A program made the translations under genes and the position numbers. From the human T2T-CHM13v2.0 reference genome, Homo sapiens: a stretch of 64,000 bases of DNA. Under the pieces are notes generated by a model, which saw nothing but the letters and a program-made list of their open reading frames with translations, did no database searches and had not been told where the DNA came from. How positions within the stretch are numbered: the first letter of the stretch is position 1; every line of letters starts with the position of its first letter. Location of the stretch: the NCBI RefSeq assembly GCF_009914755.1, contig NC_060933.1, one strand, 5' to 3'. Below are positions 1-14,994 of the stretch, piece after piece.

Positions 1-549
1 TGATGATTTGGGACAATACAGTGTATGGAAATAAGAGGTTTTATCATTCTTAATACAAGAAATCTTTGGATTATATTGTTTGCACACTCAGCCAACCTAG
101 TGTTTTCAGTGTATTTTTGGCACATATAACTTGACAAAAGCATTTTAAAATGATCCTTAACAAGCCAACTATTTCCCAAATTTATTATCTTCAGTGCTTT
201 GTGATAATCACATAGATAATGTTAATGGAAGATTAATGTAATAATCAAAAGATAAAAACGCCCTTTGCTCTGCCATTAGCTGGTTAATATGCTGTGGCTT
301 AAAACTGGCACAATTTTATGCACTATAGAGTGTTTCATTTTCAACGCATTTTACAGCTTAAGGCATAAAAATATAGGGAGTTTTCATGGTCAATAAAGCC
401 ACAGCCTCCATCACTCAATCACGAGAAGAACCTGATTTGAAGAGCCCGACAACTCCTCTGAGATTCATCTCAAAGCCTGTGGAATTAGGGACCACCCATG
501 GCTTAGCTCAGTGACATCTTGATGGGAAGAGGGCGGCTCTGGAGCTTCT

Positions 550-720
550 CGGGCCAGGTTCAAGTAGAGGCTCCACCCTTGTGTGCTCTGTGACCTTGGG
601 CCTCCATCTCCTCTTCTATAAAATGGGGACAATGTCTACATTCTGGAGGGCGGTCAGGAAGATTAAACAAGATAATGGACATTAGATGTACTGCATGTAG
701 CTGGTGTTCAATAAATGGGA
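550..720 (+). mobile_element. MIR SINE fragment
   Basis: ctgtgaccttgggc...ctataaaatggggacaat...tcaataaatgg core. Confidence 0.6.
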
Positions 721-1060
721 GACGTTCCTATTTCTACAAGCGCAAAAAGCTCGATGGAGGCTTTGTTCATGATTGTTTATTTGACATCAGATTGTGGCTC
801 TTATTTCCTCCCTTCAATTTCCATCTAAGCTCTCATTTTATGTAAAATTCCTGAATTCTAGAACAACAGCATGCATTACTAGAGTCTAAACTGACTCCTC
901 AAGAGCTTCTGATGGCAACAACATTTCTCCCAAGCTCCCGGACACAGGGCTGGGCTTCCGTTGCTTGGTACTGGTGCAAAGCTCACAAAGACACACTCAG
1001 GACACTGCAGGAATGGTGGATAAAACTAAGTATTCCAATTGCTATAAAAATCAGAGATGG

Positions 1061-1393
<333 letters not shown>

Positions 1394-2169
1394 TCATCTT
1401 CCATCAGGCTCATGATCATTAGCTCTAAGTAAATCAGGCCTAGGGTATGCTACAACTCTTCTGGAGTCTTGTGCATGACACAATATTTCTGCAAATATTT
1501 TGATATGGAAACAGACACTTTAGGGAAGGTGACAGACCTCACGGATTTTGCAGAGAAGCATCTGCTTCGAGGGAGCATTTGGACCTGTAAAATGATTTCT
1601 CTGCACTTGATCTTCCACAGTCTCATACTGAAGTCATAAACCTGTGTTTCTGTCATCAATCTGCTGTTGTGAAAATTATTTTGATGTCAAACATCGGATT
1701 ATAATTTTACTAGAATCCTTCTCAAGTCTTGAATATTTTAATGCTGGCTATAAAAAAAAAAAAAAAAAAGTCCAGCCCCTATCGGGGTAATGGAATATTT
1801 CTCTGCCAGGTCCCTGAACACTCTGCACAAGGGGCCCGTGCTGTCTGTGATGCTCCAGTGGGTAACTCGAAGCTCGCTGGCTGCAAGCACTCCCAGGCAG
1901 GCCCGTGTCCCCACTCCTTGGTCCAAGGAGGGGCTCTGATCAGGCTGGTCTATGAACCCTCTCCCTTTCATCCAGCTAATCATGCTACTCTGTCTGCTCC
2001 AAACTGTCCTTCCAGCTGCTCTTTTAAATTGCTACCTACTCCTTTTGAAAATCTTTTGCAGCCATGGGGAATGTGTCTCAATATATTCCTGGATCGCAAT
2101 TCTATTTCATTGAAATCTCCCACACAACTCTTAGGTCATGCATATCTGGGGAATTAAAACACAAGTCTG

Positions 2170-2600
2170 AAATCTGTCAAATCTGGGGGCAAGTTCTGGT
2201 TCTGCCAACTTACCAGAGTCATGATCCTGGCTCTGCTACTTTATTCCTGATCCTCACTTTTCATCTGGGAAATGGGAACAACTTTATCTCATGATCTCAC
2301 AGAGCTGTGAAGATGCACTGTGATGGGACACGTGGAGCCTCTGGCCCAGGTCCTGCACTGTGCAGTCCCTCAGCATATCTTCGCTACTTCTGCTATTATG
2401 TGATGACTTCAACTCTTCAGAAGAGACTGAATGATAACTTACATAGGTTTACCATGTCTCATCTGATTTGTACTCTAGCAGCCCTGGTGGGGTGGGGTAG
2501 CATAGGTACTATGATCCCCACTTTACAGGTGGGGACACTGAGTCCCAGAAAGGTGATGTGACTAGCCAGGGTCACACAACTAGGGGTGGGGGAGCCCTCT
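2170..2600. mobile_element. Two MIR fragments (plus ~2170-2390, minus ~2440-2600)
   Basis: cctcacttttcatctgggaaatggg and ccccactttacaggtggggacactgag core motifs. Confidence 0.55.
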
Positions 2601-2711
2601 CTGGTCCTCGCCCCTGCTCTGCCACAGCAGCTGCTTTTCCTATCTGATCAACCTATGGAAGATTTGGCTTGAAGAAAGGATTCTCTGCTTGGGAGAGGCT
2701 GAGACCCCTAG

Positions 2712-2830
2712 TCCAGGGCTACTCAGAGTGTGGTGCCCAGACCAGCGGCCAAAGCAGCATCTGGCGCTTCTTGGAAACGTATGATCTCAGGTCCTATCCC
2801 AGACCTCCCAAATCCGCAAGACCCCTGGAG
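2712..2830. mobile_element. MER5A-like hAT-Charlie fragment
   Basis: cagggctactcagagtgtggtgcccagaccagc...tctcaggtcctatcccagacct. Confidence 0.55.
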
Positions 2831-2859
2831 GCTCCCATGCCAAGCAGAGCTCCTCTCAG

Positions 2860-3250
2860 CCACACTCCACTCTGCAAGGCCCTGCACGGCCTAGCCCCGC
2901 CAGCCCCGCCAGCCCCCCCAGCCCCCCCAGCCCCCCATCCCCCTGTGCCTGCCTTGCCTCAGCCCATTCCCAGGCTGCCTGTCTGTGGTGCTTCCTCTCT
3001 CTTTACCTGGTCAACATCTGTGCCTTTTCAGTCATCCTTCAGGGTTCAGCTCTCCCTGCCTCCATACCTCCACCCCAAGTCAGTTTACTGTGACACACCC
3101 ACACCTTTGAGACTAACGATCTCTTTGTAATTTTGTGTTTTATGCCTGTTTCCTCTGGTAGAGGAAAAGCTCTCCAGGGGCAGGGACAGAGTCTGTCACC
3201 GTGGCATCCCAGGCCGTGGCCAGGCACACGGAAGGTGCTCAGTGAGTATA
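2860..3250 (+). mobile_element. L2 3' end fragment
   Basis: aagctctccaggggcagggac...ccaggcacacggaaggtgctcagtgag resembles the L2 terminus. Confidence 0.55.
2893..2937. repeat. 9-bp tandem repeat AGCCCC(G/C)CC x5
   Basis: agccccgcc agccccgcc agccccccc agccccccc agcccccca. Confidence 0.9.
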
Positions 3251-3716
3251 CTGTTTAGGTATGGTGACATACAAGTCTAGCAGAAAGTTAGGTATGTTTA
3301 GAACAGGTTGCTAAAATCACCTTCAGCATAATTATCTTCAAAACAATAATAATTTCCTCAGAGTCTGCTCCAGGAGCTTCAAGGAGCTCCTGACAATGGT
3401 TGCAGGAAAATAAACAGTACATAAAAGGAATAAACAAATACAGGAAGAGCCAGGGTTATTGGGATTGGGAGGAAACTGAAAAGGGTCCTGCTTTGACTGA
3501 AGCAGGTGCAGAGCAGCTGAGCGGGGGCTGGTGTGGCCCTGGCACAGGCACTCACCCCTGGGTGGCTGGCAAGCTGCGACACTCCTCCTCTGCCAAACTG
3601 GGCCCGGGAACCTTCTATAGAGCTGCGGAGTGGGTGGGGCTGCGGCCATGCCGGAAACAGCCTGAAGAGAAGCTGGACCCACCTACCCTGTCTCTGGTTC
3701 AAGAAGGAATACTCAC

Positions 3717-3814
3717 CTTGAGCACAATTTCATTGACGGTAGCAGCGTCCGATTCAAAGTAGAGGTGTTTATAGTCGTGATTGCTTAGATACGTGAGTTT
3801 AAATATTGCGTGAC
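3717..3814 (-). CDS. MAPKAP1: MAPKAP1 coding exon (canonical exon 11, 98 nt, phase 1-0): (S)[32 protein letters not shown]
   Basis: Acceptor ttttctgtctctgcag|GTCACG, donor AAG|gtgagt; PH domain C-terminal strands and helix including K464. Confidence 0.97.
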
Positions 3815-4799
3815 CTGCAGAGACAGAAAACTGTGTTGAGGGGTTCTGGTGAGTTAACTATGGCGGGGGCCTCCATATGTTCTCCCCTATCATTCCAATT
3901 CGAGCGAGAGCAAGTGGAGGCTGAGCAGCACCTAGTCTTCCCAGGAGTAGTTCGTTTTCTCATTACAGGCTGGGTATAAAATGGACAATGAAAAAATTTT
4001 AAAGACTCAACAGCCAGTTAGGTCCCATTCCACTCTGGAATGCATTCAGGGGAATGCCACGTTAGGAAGGCTTTACGGAACTGCTGCTATATGATAATTA
4101 CATGCAAAAGGTGGCGTTTTTAAGGGAGAAGGCTAATTAACTCCACATTATTACTCTAAAAATAAACTAACTGTTTAAAGTCAGATAAATGAGCAACAGG
4201 AAGGAGAAGGGTCAAAAGCCACACTATTATGAGGCTGCTCCACAGCCTGGGCTCCTGCTGGGAGAGGACTCCTGCCTGGAGAGGGAGAATCCCAGTTTTA
4301 GACCCTGCTGGAAGCTGCTCCCAAAGGCCTCAGGTCATCTCAACCCTGGGAGGATGGGGGCGGGGGGGGCACCATGGAAAGTGGGCACCTCACAAAGCGA
4401 CCGACTCCAGGGGGCAGAGCTTCTGAATATAAATCTGATCTAGGTCTCCATTCTCCATGCCCCGTCCTACCACCTTCAGGATGACACTTGTCATTTCTGG
4501 GACTGCTTCCTGGTCTAGCCTCATCTCACTCCGCTGCCCCGACAGGCCACAGGCTGCCAGAGTGCTGCACACTCCCACCTGCCACACCAGCCTCTACACA
4601 GGTTCTTCCCCAAGCCTGGGATGTCCTCTCTCACTGACCCGGATGGGAAAGATCTGCTGATCCTGGGTGGCTCAGCTCAGCTGGCGCCTTCTTGGGTGAG
4701 TCTTCATAACCACACTTCTAGGCGCACTTCTTGTGTGGGCCTACCACACGGTACCGTGGCCCTCCAAAGGAACCTGCTTGTCTTATCATACCTGCAGCC

Positions 4800-5093
4800 A
4801 TGGCTACATTATCTGGGCCTGTCCTTTTATGTCCAGACAGGTCAATCGGATTCCCTCTTCTAAATGCAGACATAGATGCTAGGCTGTCTAAACTGGCACA
4901 AGGACTGAGAATAAGATGAGGGGCTTTGGGACTCCCAGGCTCAGGCCCATGGGGGCTGCCCCGGCCTATCGGCACTGTTATCCTTGGGTTCTAGGAGACT
5001 CCTGTGGCCTTCCAAGAAATTCTTCTTTCGCCTTAAGCTACTGAAGTTGGTTTCCATTACTGGCAAGCAAAGGAACAGTGCCCAAGAGAGACA
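4800..5093 (+). mobile_element. Old ERVL-type LTR 3' part (LTR16/LTR33-like)
   Basis: ccttaagctactgaagttggtttccattactggcaagcaaaggaa resembles the ERVL LTR terminus. Confidence 0.4.
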
Positions 5094-6540
5094 CGTAGTC
5101 AGTATTCAGTAAACCTTCCTAGACCAAGGAGCAGCAGGTGACATCTCTAATATACAGGTCTCCTGCAAAACGCCCAGAAATGACCTTCCCTAGTCTTTCG
5201 ACAGACCTTAGTGTCTGTAAGATTAAAATTCAGCATATCCTTTCTATTAGTCCTTCTCATCCGTTGTCCTTTTAATTGAAGCAGCGGCTGGTCATAGTTA
5301 TTAATTAATAATATATCACCCATATTACTGTAAGTTCACCTCTTTCCTGGAGAAATCTTCTTGGGGACTTTACAGTAGCTAATTTTTCAGATCTCCAAAA
5401 ATAAACTGATATATGTTGTACATTTGTGGCCAGAAAAGTTGAGCCACTGGTATTTTATCCTGGAAACATCATTATGATGTACTAATTGTGACTATAAATC
5501 CTAAATTGAAAAAATTACCTAATAATTTCTGAAAAACCTCACTTTCAGACACTTGACAAATTTAGCCTGATTCTAAATCATGGTACTAAAATGTGAGAAT
5601 TCCTGACTGGAAGCTAGTCACTCTGTTAACATATAAATTCTGTGTTTCTAATAAGGAGGTGGACCTTACACAGAGGCATCTGTGTGTGCGTCTGTATCTA
5701 TTCACATTCACAGGATCTACCCCACAACATCAGAATCTTGTCGGTGACATCCCTGTGTGGAGGAACAATGCGGGCACCTTTGTTGGCCATGCTGTGAACA
5801 AGCACAGCCATCTACAAAGGACACAGGGCTGTGAAGGACAAAGAGACACCCCCTCCAGGAGGCCTTCCTGCTGACAACTGGTCACGACACACAAAGACAC
5901 CAGGGCCTGGGGCTAGAAAGAACCAGAAGGTCTTAGGGAGACCCACAGACCCGAAGCTTCGGGGTTCACTGACCACTTTGATAAGACAGCTTATGGACTG
6001 TCCACACCACCTGCTCCCGCTTGTCACTGACAAAACCAAACCAAACCTCAAAGCACTAAAGCATGTTTTGCCTGAACAATTGAGACACTGTTAAAAAGGT
6101 TTCCTGCACTTTAAGCAGAGCCCAATCTATACACAGCACATGTAATAAGTAGTCTGCAAGGCCTAAGAGCCCCAGAAAGGAAGCGTTGACACTGTCCCCT
6201 TGGGACTATGGTGCTTGTGAAGCATGTCAATTGTGGGCTGACAGAGGGGAGGCCTGTGGTTCATCTGCACAGTCACGTGAAAAAAACAAAAAAATCATAC
6301 CAAGCCAAGTCTCCTGAAAGGCTGCATATTTGAACCAAGTAACCTCAAATCCCGTCCTCTGAATTTTGAATGTATTTGGTTGCATGTGGAGGCTGTGTGT
6401 GTCTCCTGCCTATCCCCAGGGCTCATTCCAGCACCCATCTGAGGAAGAGTGAAGCAGGTGAGGAGGAGGAAGAGTCCCAACATTCCCCCACTCTCCCTCA
6501 AGCCTCCGGTCTGTTTGTCCTTTCCAGTGAAAGCACTCAC

Positions 6541-6614
6541 GCCATAGGAGAGGGGAACAGAGGGCAGAGAACGTTCTGTGGAGCACTTGTGTTTGGACTT
6601 GAACAATGACACAG
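6541..6614 (-). other. Candidate 74-nt frameshifting cassette exon
   Basis: gattaactttgcag|CTGTGT...TATGGC|gtgagt; weak polypyrimidine tract. Confidence 0.25.
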
Positions 6615-6879
6615 CTGCAAAGTTAATCACTGGGCCGAGGCACGGTGGACAGCCACAGCAGACAGCCCCCTCTTGCTCTCTGCAAGGAGTGATGAGCGGA
6701 ACCCTGGGGGGCAAGGGCAGGTTAAGATCAGCAGCCATGCTGGGCCATAGGACATGGGGCGGACTCACTCCGCGGGCGTTTCTGCCCCGAGTTCCCCTCG
6801 CTAGCACCCCTGTTTCGCTGGGCGGCCAGAAGGGCAGTTTTCCTCAGTCTGGGCTCTGCCAGGAGCATGGGCTAGAGCA

Positions 6880-7460
6880 AAGGACAGAGAAATGAACACC
6901 GAGAGTCAAATATGATGAGCGTGAAGAAGGTAAACGCAGGGAGCTGCCGTGGAGACACCAAGGCAGAAGCACCTGGCCAGAGGTGGAGAAGAGCCACTAG
7001 GGACAGTTTCTTGGGAGGAGCTGACACCTCCGCAGTTTTGGAGGAGGGCAGGGAGTCAGCTGGGTAAAGGTGAGGGTGGAGAAGGGTGAAAAAGAGGAAG
7101 ATGCCACAGGGCAAGGAAACGGCATGGGCAAACATACAGGGTCTCCATGGGAGCTCTGGGCAAACCAGGGTCATGTGTGGCAGGCAGGTGGGAGGGAGAG
7201 GGACACAAAGGGCTGAGAGTGCCTGGAGTCACCAGCTGATGGGGGTCACTAGAGGGGTTTAAGCAGGGCAAGTGAAAGAAATGGGCAAACTGTGTTTTAG
7301 GGTGTTCTCCCTGGTTCCCTGGAGCCTGGAGGCGAGGTAAGCAGTTCCCGTAGTCAGCCAGGTAGGAGTGAGTGCAGTTTTGAGCTAGACAGGTGCAGAA
7401 AGGATACTGAAAAGGAATGGAGGCGAGAACTACAGAGAAGGTAATGTTGGCAGGATGGGG
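6880..7460 (-). mobile_element. L2 fragment
   Basis: cagggcaaggaaacggcatgggcaaa...ggtcactagaggggtttaagcaggg. Confidence 0.55.
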
Positions 7461-7877
7461 AGACTCTTTCACAACAGAATAATAGCTAATAATCAGAATT
7501 CACACTTTCATAATTTCACCCAGACCAAGACCTATATATTAAAGTGTAACAATTCATTGACCTCTTGCTGGAAATGAATCTGTCAATAAACATGAGTAAT
7601 TTATGCCACATAGTAAATTTCCACCATAGGTGTCTGGGAAGAAGGAACTGCCCACACTTCAATACTGACTGAACAAAAGAACACCTGTTATCAGATACCA
7701 TCAGCCTCAGACACCTCACAGTTCATCTCAGGTAGAAGAGGAAGAGGGGGCCAATGACCTCCTCAGCTGCAGCCCACCAGGCATCTCCCTGGGGCGTTAG
7801 AGGGAATCAGAGGTAGGCAAGTTACCTTTGAAAATTCCAAGACCACCAGCGGTTTTCATAGGAACAGGGTTAAGTCA

Positions 7878-8244
<367 letters not shown>

Positions 8245-9130
8245 CTAAGAAAAAGTTATGTATTAGTATGACTTTAAAAAAATGTAAAGTTTAATATTCC
8301 AATTAGTTCAAATTATTTTGCATTAATTGTTAAATTCTGTTTAAATTAAGGTTTAACAAAAGCCTGAGACACAGAGGAAAAAAAGCATAATTCCTGAAGT
8401 TAGAATTAGGATGAAATCCTAGCTCTGCCATGTTTCAGCTGTGGGACCTTGGCAAGGCACTGTCCCTTCCAAGGTTTGCCTGGCTGTAAAGGAGGGGATA
8501 GCATCTGTCAGTGATCTCTTATATGTCACATACATCCCTGCATATAGCAGGGAGGTGGTCATTCATTTAACTATGATGGAACTGGTATTTGATGATAAAA
8601 TGCTAATTGCTTTGAAGATTGCATTTTTAATTGGGCCTCCTTTGAGCAGATTTGCTTTTATAGTGCTATGTAAATAAAATGCAATATAAGAGGGTATAAA
8701 TGTGGCATCTAAGCACTGGTCACATGCTCAGGGCAGATACTGAAACTGTACCTCCACTCGTGAGTACTGAAGTGAAAATCTGGATATGTAGAACTGTATT
8801 TACACTTATGTAAGTTTTTCAAAGTAAGACAGAGAAGATAGAATTTAATACCAAGCAGAAACTAATTAGTGGCACAAATGTCAGAAGTGGAGACGTCCAG
8901 CTTTTGTGCTTTAATTCATCTTCTGTATTATGGATTCTAACTAAAACAGGAGGCTGTGCTGAAAAAACAGGTTCTTCCTGCCAGTTCAGGGGGCGTGGCC
9001 ATGTTGGAAAGGCTGCTGTGGTCATGAGATGGGATGGCTTAAACATACATGAACAGCACTCACAACCCTGCTAAAAGAGGTGCTCCCAGACTTCCACTGC
9101 AAATCAACTGAAAGAAGGGTCTTTTTTTGA

Positions 9131-9304
<174 letters not shown>

Positions 9305-9499
9305 TCATTTTTTTTACTTTCCATCTGCCTTAAGAAAAGTCTCAAGGGAGGGTCTCTTCTAACACAACCTGCCAGTACTGACTGTGGCTGGCCATGACTG
9401 GTCAGAGCTGGAGCTGCCAGAATGAGCCTGCAGCCCACCTTTGCCTAAACCCCCAGGTGTCACCACTTGCCAAAAATATAAAAATAAACCTGTTTCTTT

Positions 9500-9860
9500 T
9501 CCTTATTAAAAATACTAGAAATTTAGAAGACAGAGGAGAACCTCCACACCCCACCCCAAAATCCCAACACTAGCACAATGCCATTCACGGTCTCTTTCCT
9601 AACCATTCTCGCCTGTTTTCACAGTTGTAATCAGATTGTATACTAGAAGTTGAGCTTAGTTTTTTTAAGTTAACATTTTACCATACCCCTTTCCCTGTTG
9701 CAACAATTTCTATAACCACCGTTTTCAATGGCTGCATCTTATTCCAACCAGTAGACGTGAGCTATGGGTCATGTTGCTATCTCTGTTGGGCTTCTGGGTT
9801 ACTTATAAAATTGCCAGTACTATAAATAAGGCTACAAAGAACAGCTTTGAGGCTTGGGAT
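9500..9860 (-). mobile_element. L1ME-type 3' fragment
   Basis: ttttcaatggctgcatcttattcc...tataaataaggctacaaagaaca. Confidence 0.5.
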
Positions 9861-10399
9861 TCTTTCTCAATTCCTTTACATCAGGCATGGATACTTTTTG
9901 AAAACTCAGTTTCCAAGGTCTGATGTCTTCTGGGCCCTCTGGCCTGAGAGGGGAACATTCTCACTGGATTTCTTGGGGGAAACCGATGGGAACACACATT
10001 GTTTTAGGCAAAGCTGTATCTTTCTGTAGGTCCTAGTAGGAAATGCTGGACTGGGGTTCTTTGGTCTCTGGGCTGAAAACTCCCTCCTGGTTGGGTCTCC
10101 TCTCCACCGTAAGCAACAGTTCTGGGCTGCCTGCAGGGAGCTTCAGCTCAAGGTAATTCAACTGGCAAAAGGGAGTGCTCCTTCCCAAGCACTCCTGCGT
10201 GGGCAGCGGCCTGGGCAACCATAGTAATGACCTCTTTGACCTCTAGAGCCGGGGATGTGCCTGACCTACTTACATTTCTGCCTGGATTCTCAAACTCCCT
10301 CTCTCTCTCTCTTTGGCTCCTTCCTGTAAACATAATTAAATCTCTAATTATAAAAACTCCCATGGCAATGTGATTTCCCTCCTTCCTCTCATGTATCGA

Positions 10400-11325
<926 letters not shown>

Positions 11326-11327
11326 CG

Positions 11328-11615
11328 TTTTTTTGAGACAGAGTCTTCCTCTGTCACTCAGCTGGAGTGCAGTGCTGCGATCTGGGCTCACTGCAATCTC
11401 TGTCTCCTGAGTTTGAGTGATCCTCCCACCTCAGCCTCCCAAGTAGCTGGGATTACAGGCGTGCGCCACCACGCCGAGCTAATTTTTGAAATTTTTGTGG
11501 AGATGGGGTTTTGCCATGTTGGCTAGGCTAGTCTCGAACTCCTGGCCTCAAGTGATCTGCATACCTCGGCCTCTCAAAGTGCTGGGATGACAGGCGTGAG
11601 CCACTACGCCTGGCC
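11328..11615 (-). mobile_element. AluJ
   Basis: gatcctcccacctcagcc and ctcctggcctcaagtgatc J-type diagnostics. Confidence 0.92.
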
Positions 11616-11850
11616 AGGAGTCATTCTTTTAAAACATACCATCTGGACCCCCTACTTAAAACTCTGCAGTGCTTCTTTTCCTGTCATCCTCAGAATAAAG
11701 TCCAAGCTTCATAAGATGATTTTCAAGACCCCAGATCAGCAGTTCTCAAACTTTTTGGTCTCAGAAGCCCTTAATACTCTTAAACACTATTGAGGAGTCC
11801 AAAAAGCTTATGTGGATTATACCTATCAACATTTATTGTGTTAGAAATTC

Positions 11851-12135
11851 GGCCAGGTGTGGTGGCTCACGCCTGTAATCCCAGCACTTTGGGAGGCCAG
11901 GAGTTTGAGACCAGCCTGGCCAACATGGAGAAACCCTGTCTCTACTAAAAATACAAAAACTAGCCGGGTGTGGTGGTGTGTGCCTGAGGCTGGGCTGGGA
12001 GGCTGAGGCACGAGAATTTTGAACCTGGGAAGTGGAGGTTGCAGTAAGGCGGAATCATGTCACTGGCCACTGTACTCCAGCGTGGGTAACACAGCGGGAC
12101 TCTGTCTCAAAAACAAACAAACAAACAAAAAAAGA
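11851..12135 (+). mobile_element. AluS with an internal left-arm deletion and (AAAC)n tail
   Basis: tttgggaggcc joined directly to aggagtttgag (gaggcc microhomology). Confidence 0.92.
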
Positions 12136-12211
12136 AAATAAATGAAATTAAAACTGAGAAATTAAAAAATATATATTAACTCACTAAAATAATACACCCA
12201 TTACAAATTAA

Positions 12212-12604
<393 letters not shown>

Positions 12605-14120
12605 TAACATTTGGTTGAACAGAAAACAGCTGGATTATCCAATCTGATTCTGCATTTGATCTGCTGTGATATAGTTTTGGTTAAAGTAAATGAAGAAAAG
12701 CCAGACTCCCGCAGATATGTTTTTGGAAAAGTGAGGCATATTTTAATGTTCTTCTTTGTAAATATTCCTCTTTGATACTACACTGAACTTGATAAATGGT
12801 ATTTTCTTAAAGATTAGTTGCAATGTGGAATATAAACCTCATTAATAAACTTTTTTGTATTCTGTTACATTAAAATCTATTGGTCTGTTTTACATTTTGA
12901 ATCTTTCCCCTTGCCTGCTTTTGTAACATCATGCAGTAGTCTGGAAAATATTGGTTCACTGAGTTATGCAGATTTTCCAAATGTTGACATATTTCATTTG
13001 ACAATATCGAAAAAAAATCACTTTCATTAATATCACTACTGATATTGGAAAAGTCTTTAAGCGATGAGAAGCCAAGCTCAGTGATGGAAATTTCCCAAAA
13101 CTCTAATTTTCACCTGAAAGTTTGAACTTCATCACTGGCAATAAATACTATCACTTGTTCTCCTTGAAGTGACAGACTCACTTCCTTCATTTTCAAGAAA
13201 AGGTCTGCCCAATATTCATTTGAATAACCATAGTTTGTCAGTTGTTCTTTCAAGTTATAATAAGGTTCCATGAAACAAACAACTGGTTCAGCTTGCAATT
13301 CAAATAATTAAACAAGTGCTATTCCTTGAGACAAGTACCCTACTTCTGAATGCAGCAGAAATGCTTCCATGTACTTCAGGAAATAAATTAAGAACAATGG
13401 CTTATGAGGGCCTTTTGACGCTTCAATTCATGTGTAAGTTGTTCTAGTAAAATACCACACTGCATTTCAATAACCAAGTATTGGTTGAGGTTTATTCTTC
13501 AGCTCTTAGAGAAGTAGATAAGAAACAAGTTCTGCATCCGGGAATTTCCTCCTTGGAGGGACTTAAAGTCTATGACAAGCTTGAGTTTGCAAGTACTCTA
13601 TGGGAGGCTAAATTACTACAAATGAAACCTCATCTATCCAGAATCACTGGAGTGGAGAGCTAGGGTAACCTTTGTGCAAAAAGCCCTTTTCCATTTTAAG
13701 CATTAAAATTCTATATTATAGACCTTCCTTCTGCATTAGAGTATAAGGAAAAGAAAATACTGTTTTATCACTTTTTTCTGTATAAGTACTGAACATCATG
13801 ATTCTCCCAGGGTTGCAAAAGGCTCTATGTTGTGCCACAAAATTGCTCCATACTACACTGTTTACTGAGTTTTTGGAATGCTCTTTAATAGTTTTTGTTT
13901 AGTTTTATTTTTGGTCAACTCTTGTTAGCTTTCACTTCCCACTGTCTTTATTATTTCAGTTCTGTCATTCTCTCTCCCTCTTTTAATATTCTGCATTTAA
14001 TATCCTTTAGGAAGAGAAACCAGATAACCAAGCAAGGATGAAATTTGTTTAAAAAAAGAAGACTTCATACACTCTGAGTTGGGGCTAGGGTTATTCTTCC
14101 TTCAGGAAAGCACAGATGTT

Positions 14121-14290
14121 GGCTGGGTGCAGTGGCTCATGCCTGTAATCCCAGCACTTTGGGAGGCCAAGATGAGAGAACTGCTTGAGGCTAGGAGTTC
14201 AAGGCCAGCCTGGTCAACATAGTGAGACCCCCATCTCTATTTTAATAATAATTAAAAAAAAAACCCAAAAAACAAAAATAAAAAAAATGA
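14121..14290 (+). mobile_element. FLAM_C-like Alu left monomer
   Basis: Left arm followed directly by an A-rich tail. Confidence 0.85.
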
Positions 14291-14620
14291 GAAAACATAG
14301 ACATTTAAGTGCCTTGGCTTTGTGTCAGTGGCAGAGGGAAGACTGTGGACCTCTGTTCCATTTACAGATAACTTTGGACAAGTTATGTAGCTTCTCTGAG
14401 CCCCAGTTAACTCATTGATAAAATGGGAATATTATCTGTCTCACAAGTTGTTAGGATTACATAACCCTAAAAAGTCATCCAACAATGTTAGAATTATATA
14501 ATAAGTGTAGACACAACCTCACAGAGTTGTTGCAAGAATTAAATAATGTGTAAAAAGGACTTGGAACACTATCTGATGGGGGATGTTCCCCTTGCTTCCT
14601 TTTTCACCTCTACTCTCAGA

Positions 14621-14994
14621 CAAGCAAACTTTTCCTATAAAGGGCCAGATAGTAAATGCTTTAGGTTTTATGGACCAAGAGATAAAACTGAGGATACTTT
14701 GTAGATACACAAGAAGAGAGAAAAAAAATTTCACATTTTTTATTGACAAAATTCAAAATTTAATCATCAAATACATTTTTGGGTAATACAGATCTATTAA
14801 TAAGAAGTGTAGTTTTTTTTTTTTCCTTTGGTTGAGGGAATAACATTTCACTTAAATGGGATCCAAAATTAGTGTTCTGTATCATCACATCAATTGCAAA
14901 TGTTTATCTGTAAAATCCATTCTTGCCTGACAGGCCATACAAAAACAGGTAGTGGGCTGGATTTGGCCTGTGGGCCACAGTTTGCCAATTCCTG
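14621..14994. mobile_element. MER58/Cheshire-family hAT element
   Basis: gcaaacttttcctataaagggccagatagtaaat...gggctggatttggcctgtgggccacagtttgccaattcctg. Confidence 0.8.

Noticed and set aside
1750-1770. Isolated poly(A) tract (also 47269-47286) as a possible retrocopy tail
   Set aside because: No TSD or recognisable upstream retroposed sequence; treated as simple mononucleotide runs
2669-3130. 153-aa proline-rich ORF with PPAPPAPPA
   Set aside because: Non-ATG start; spans MER5 and L2 fragments; the proline run comes from the 9-bp repeat
13110-13298. hAT transposase-like peptide as a possible domesticated gene
   Set aside because: Short degenerate remnant inside an Alu-interrupted Charlie1 fossil; no extended ORF
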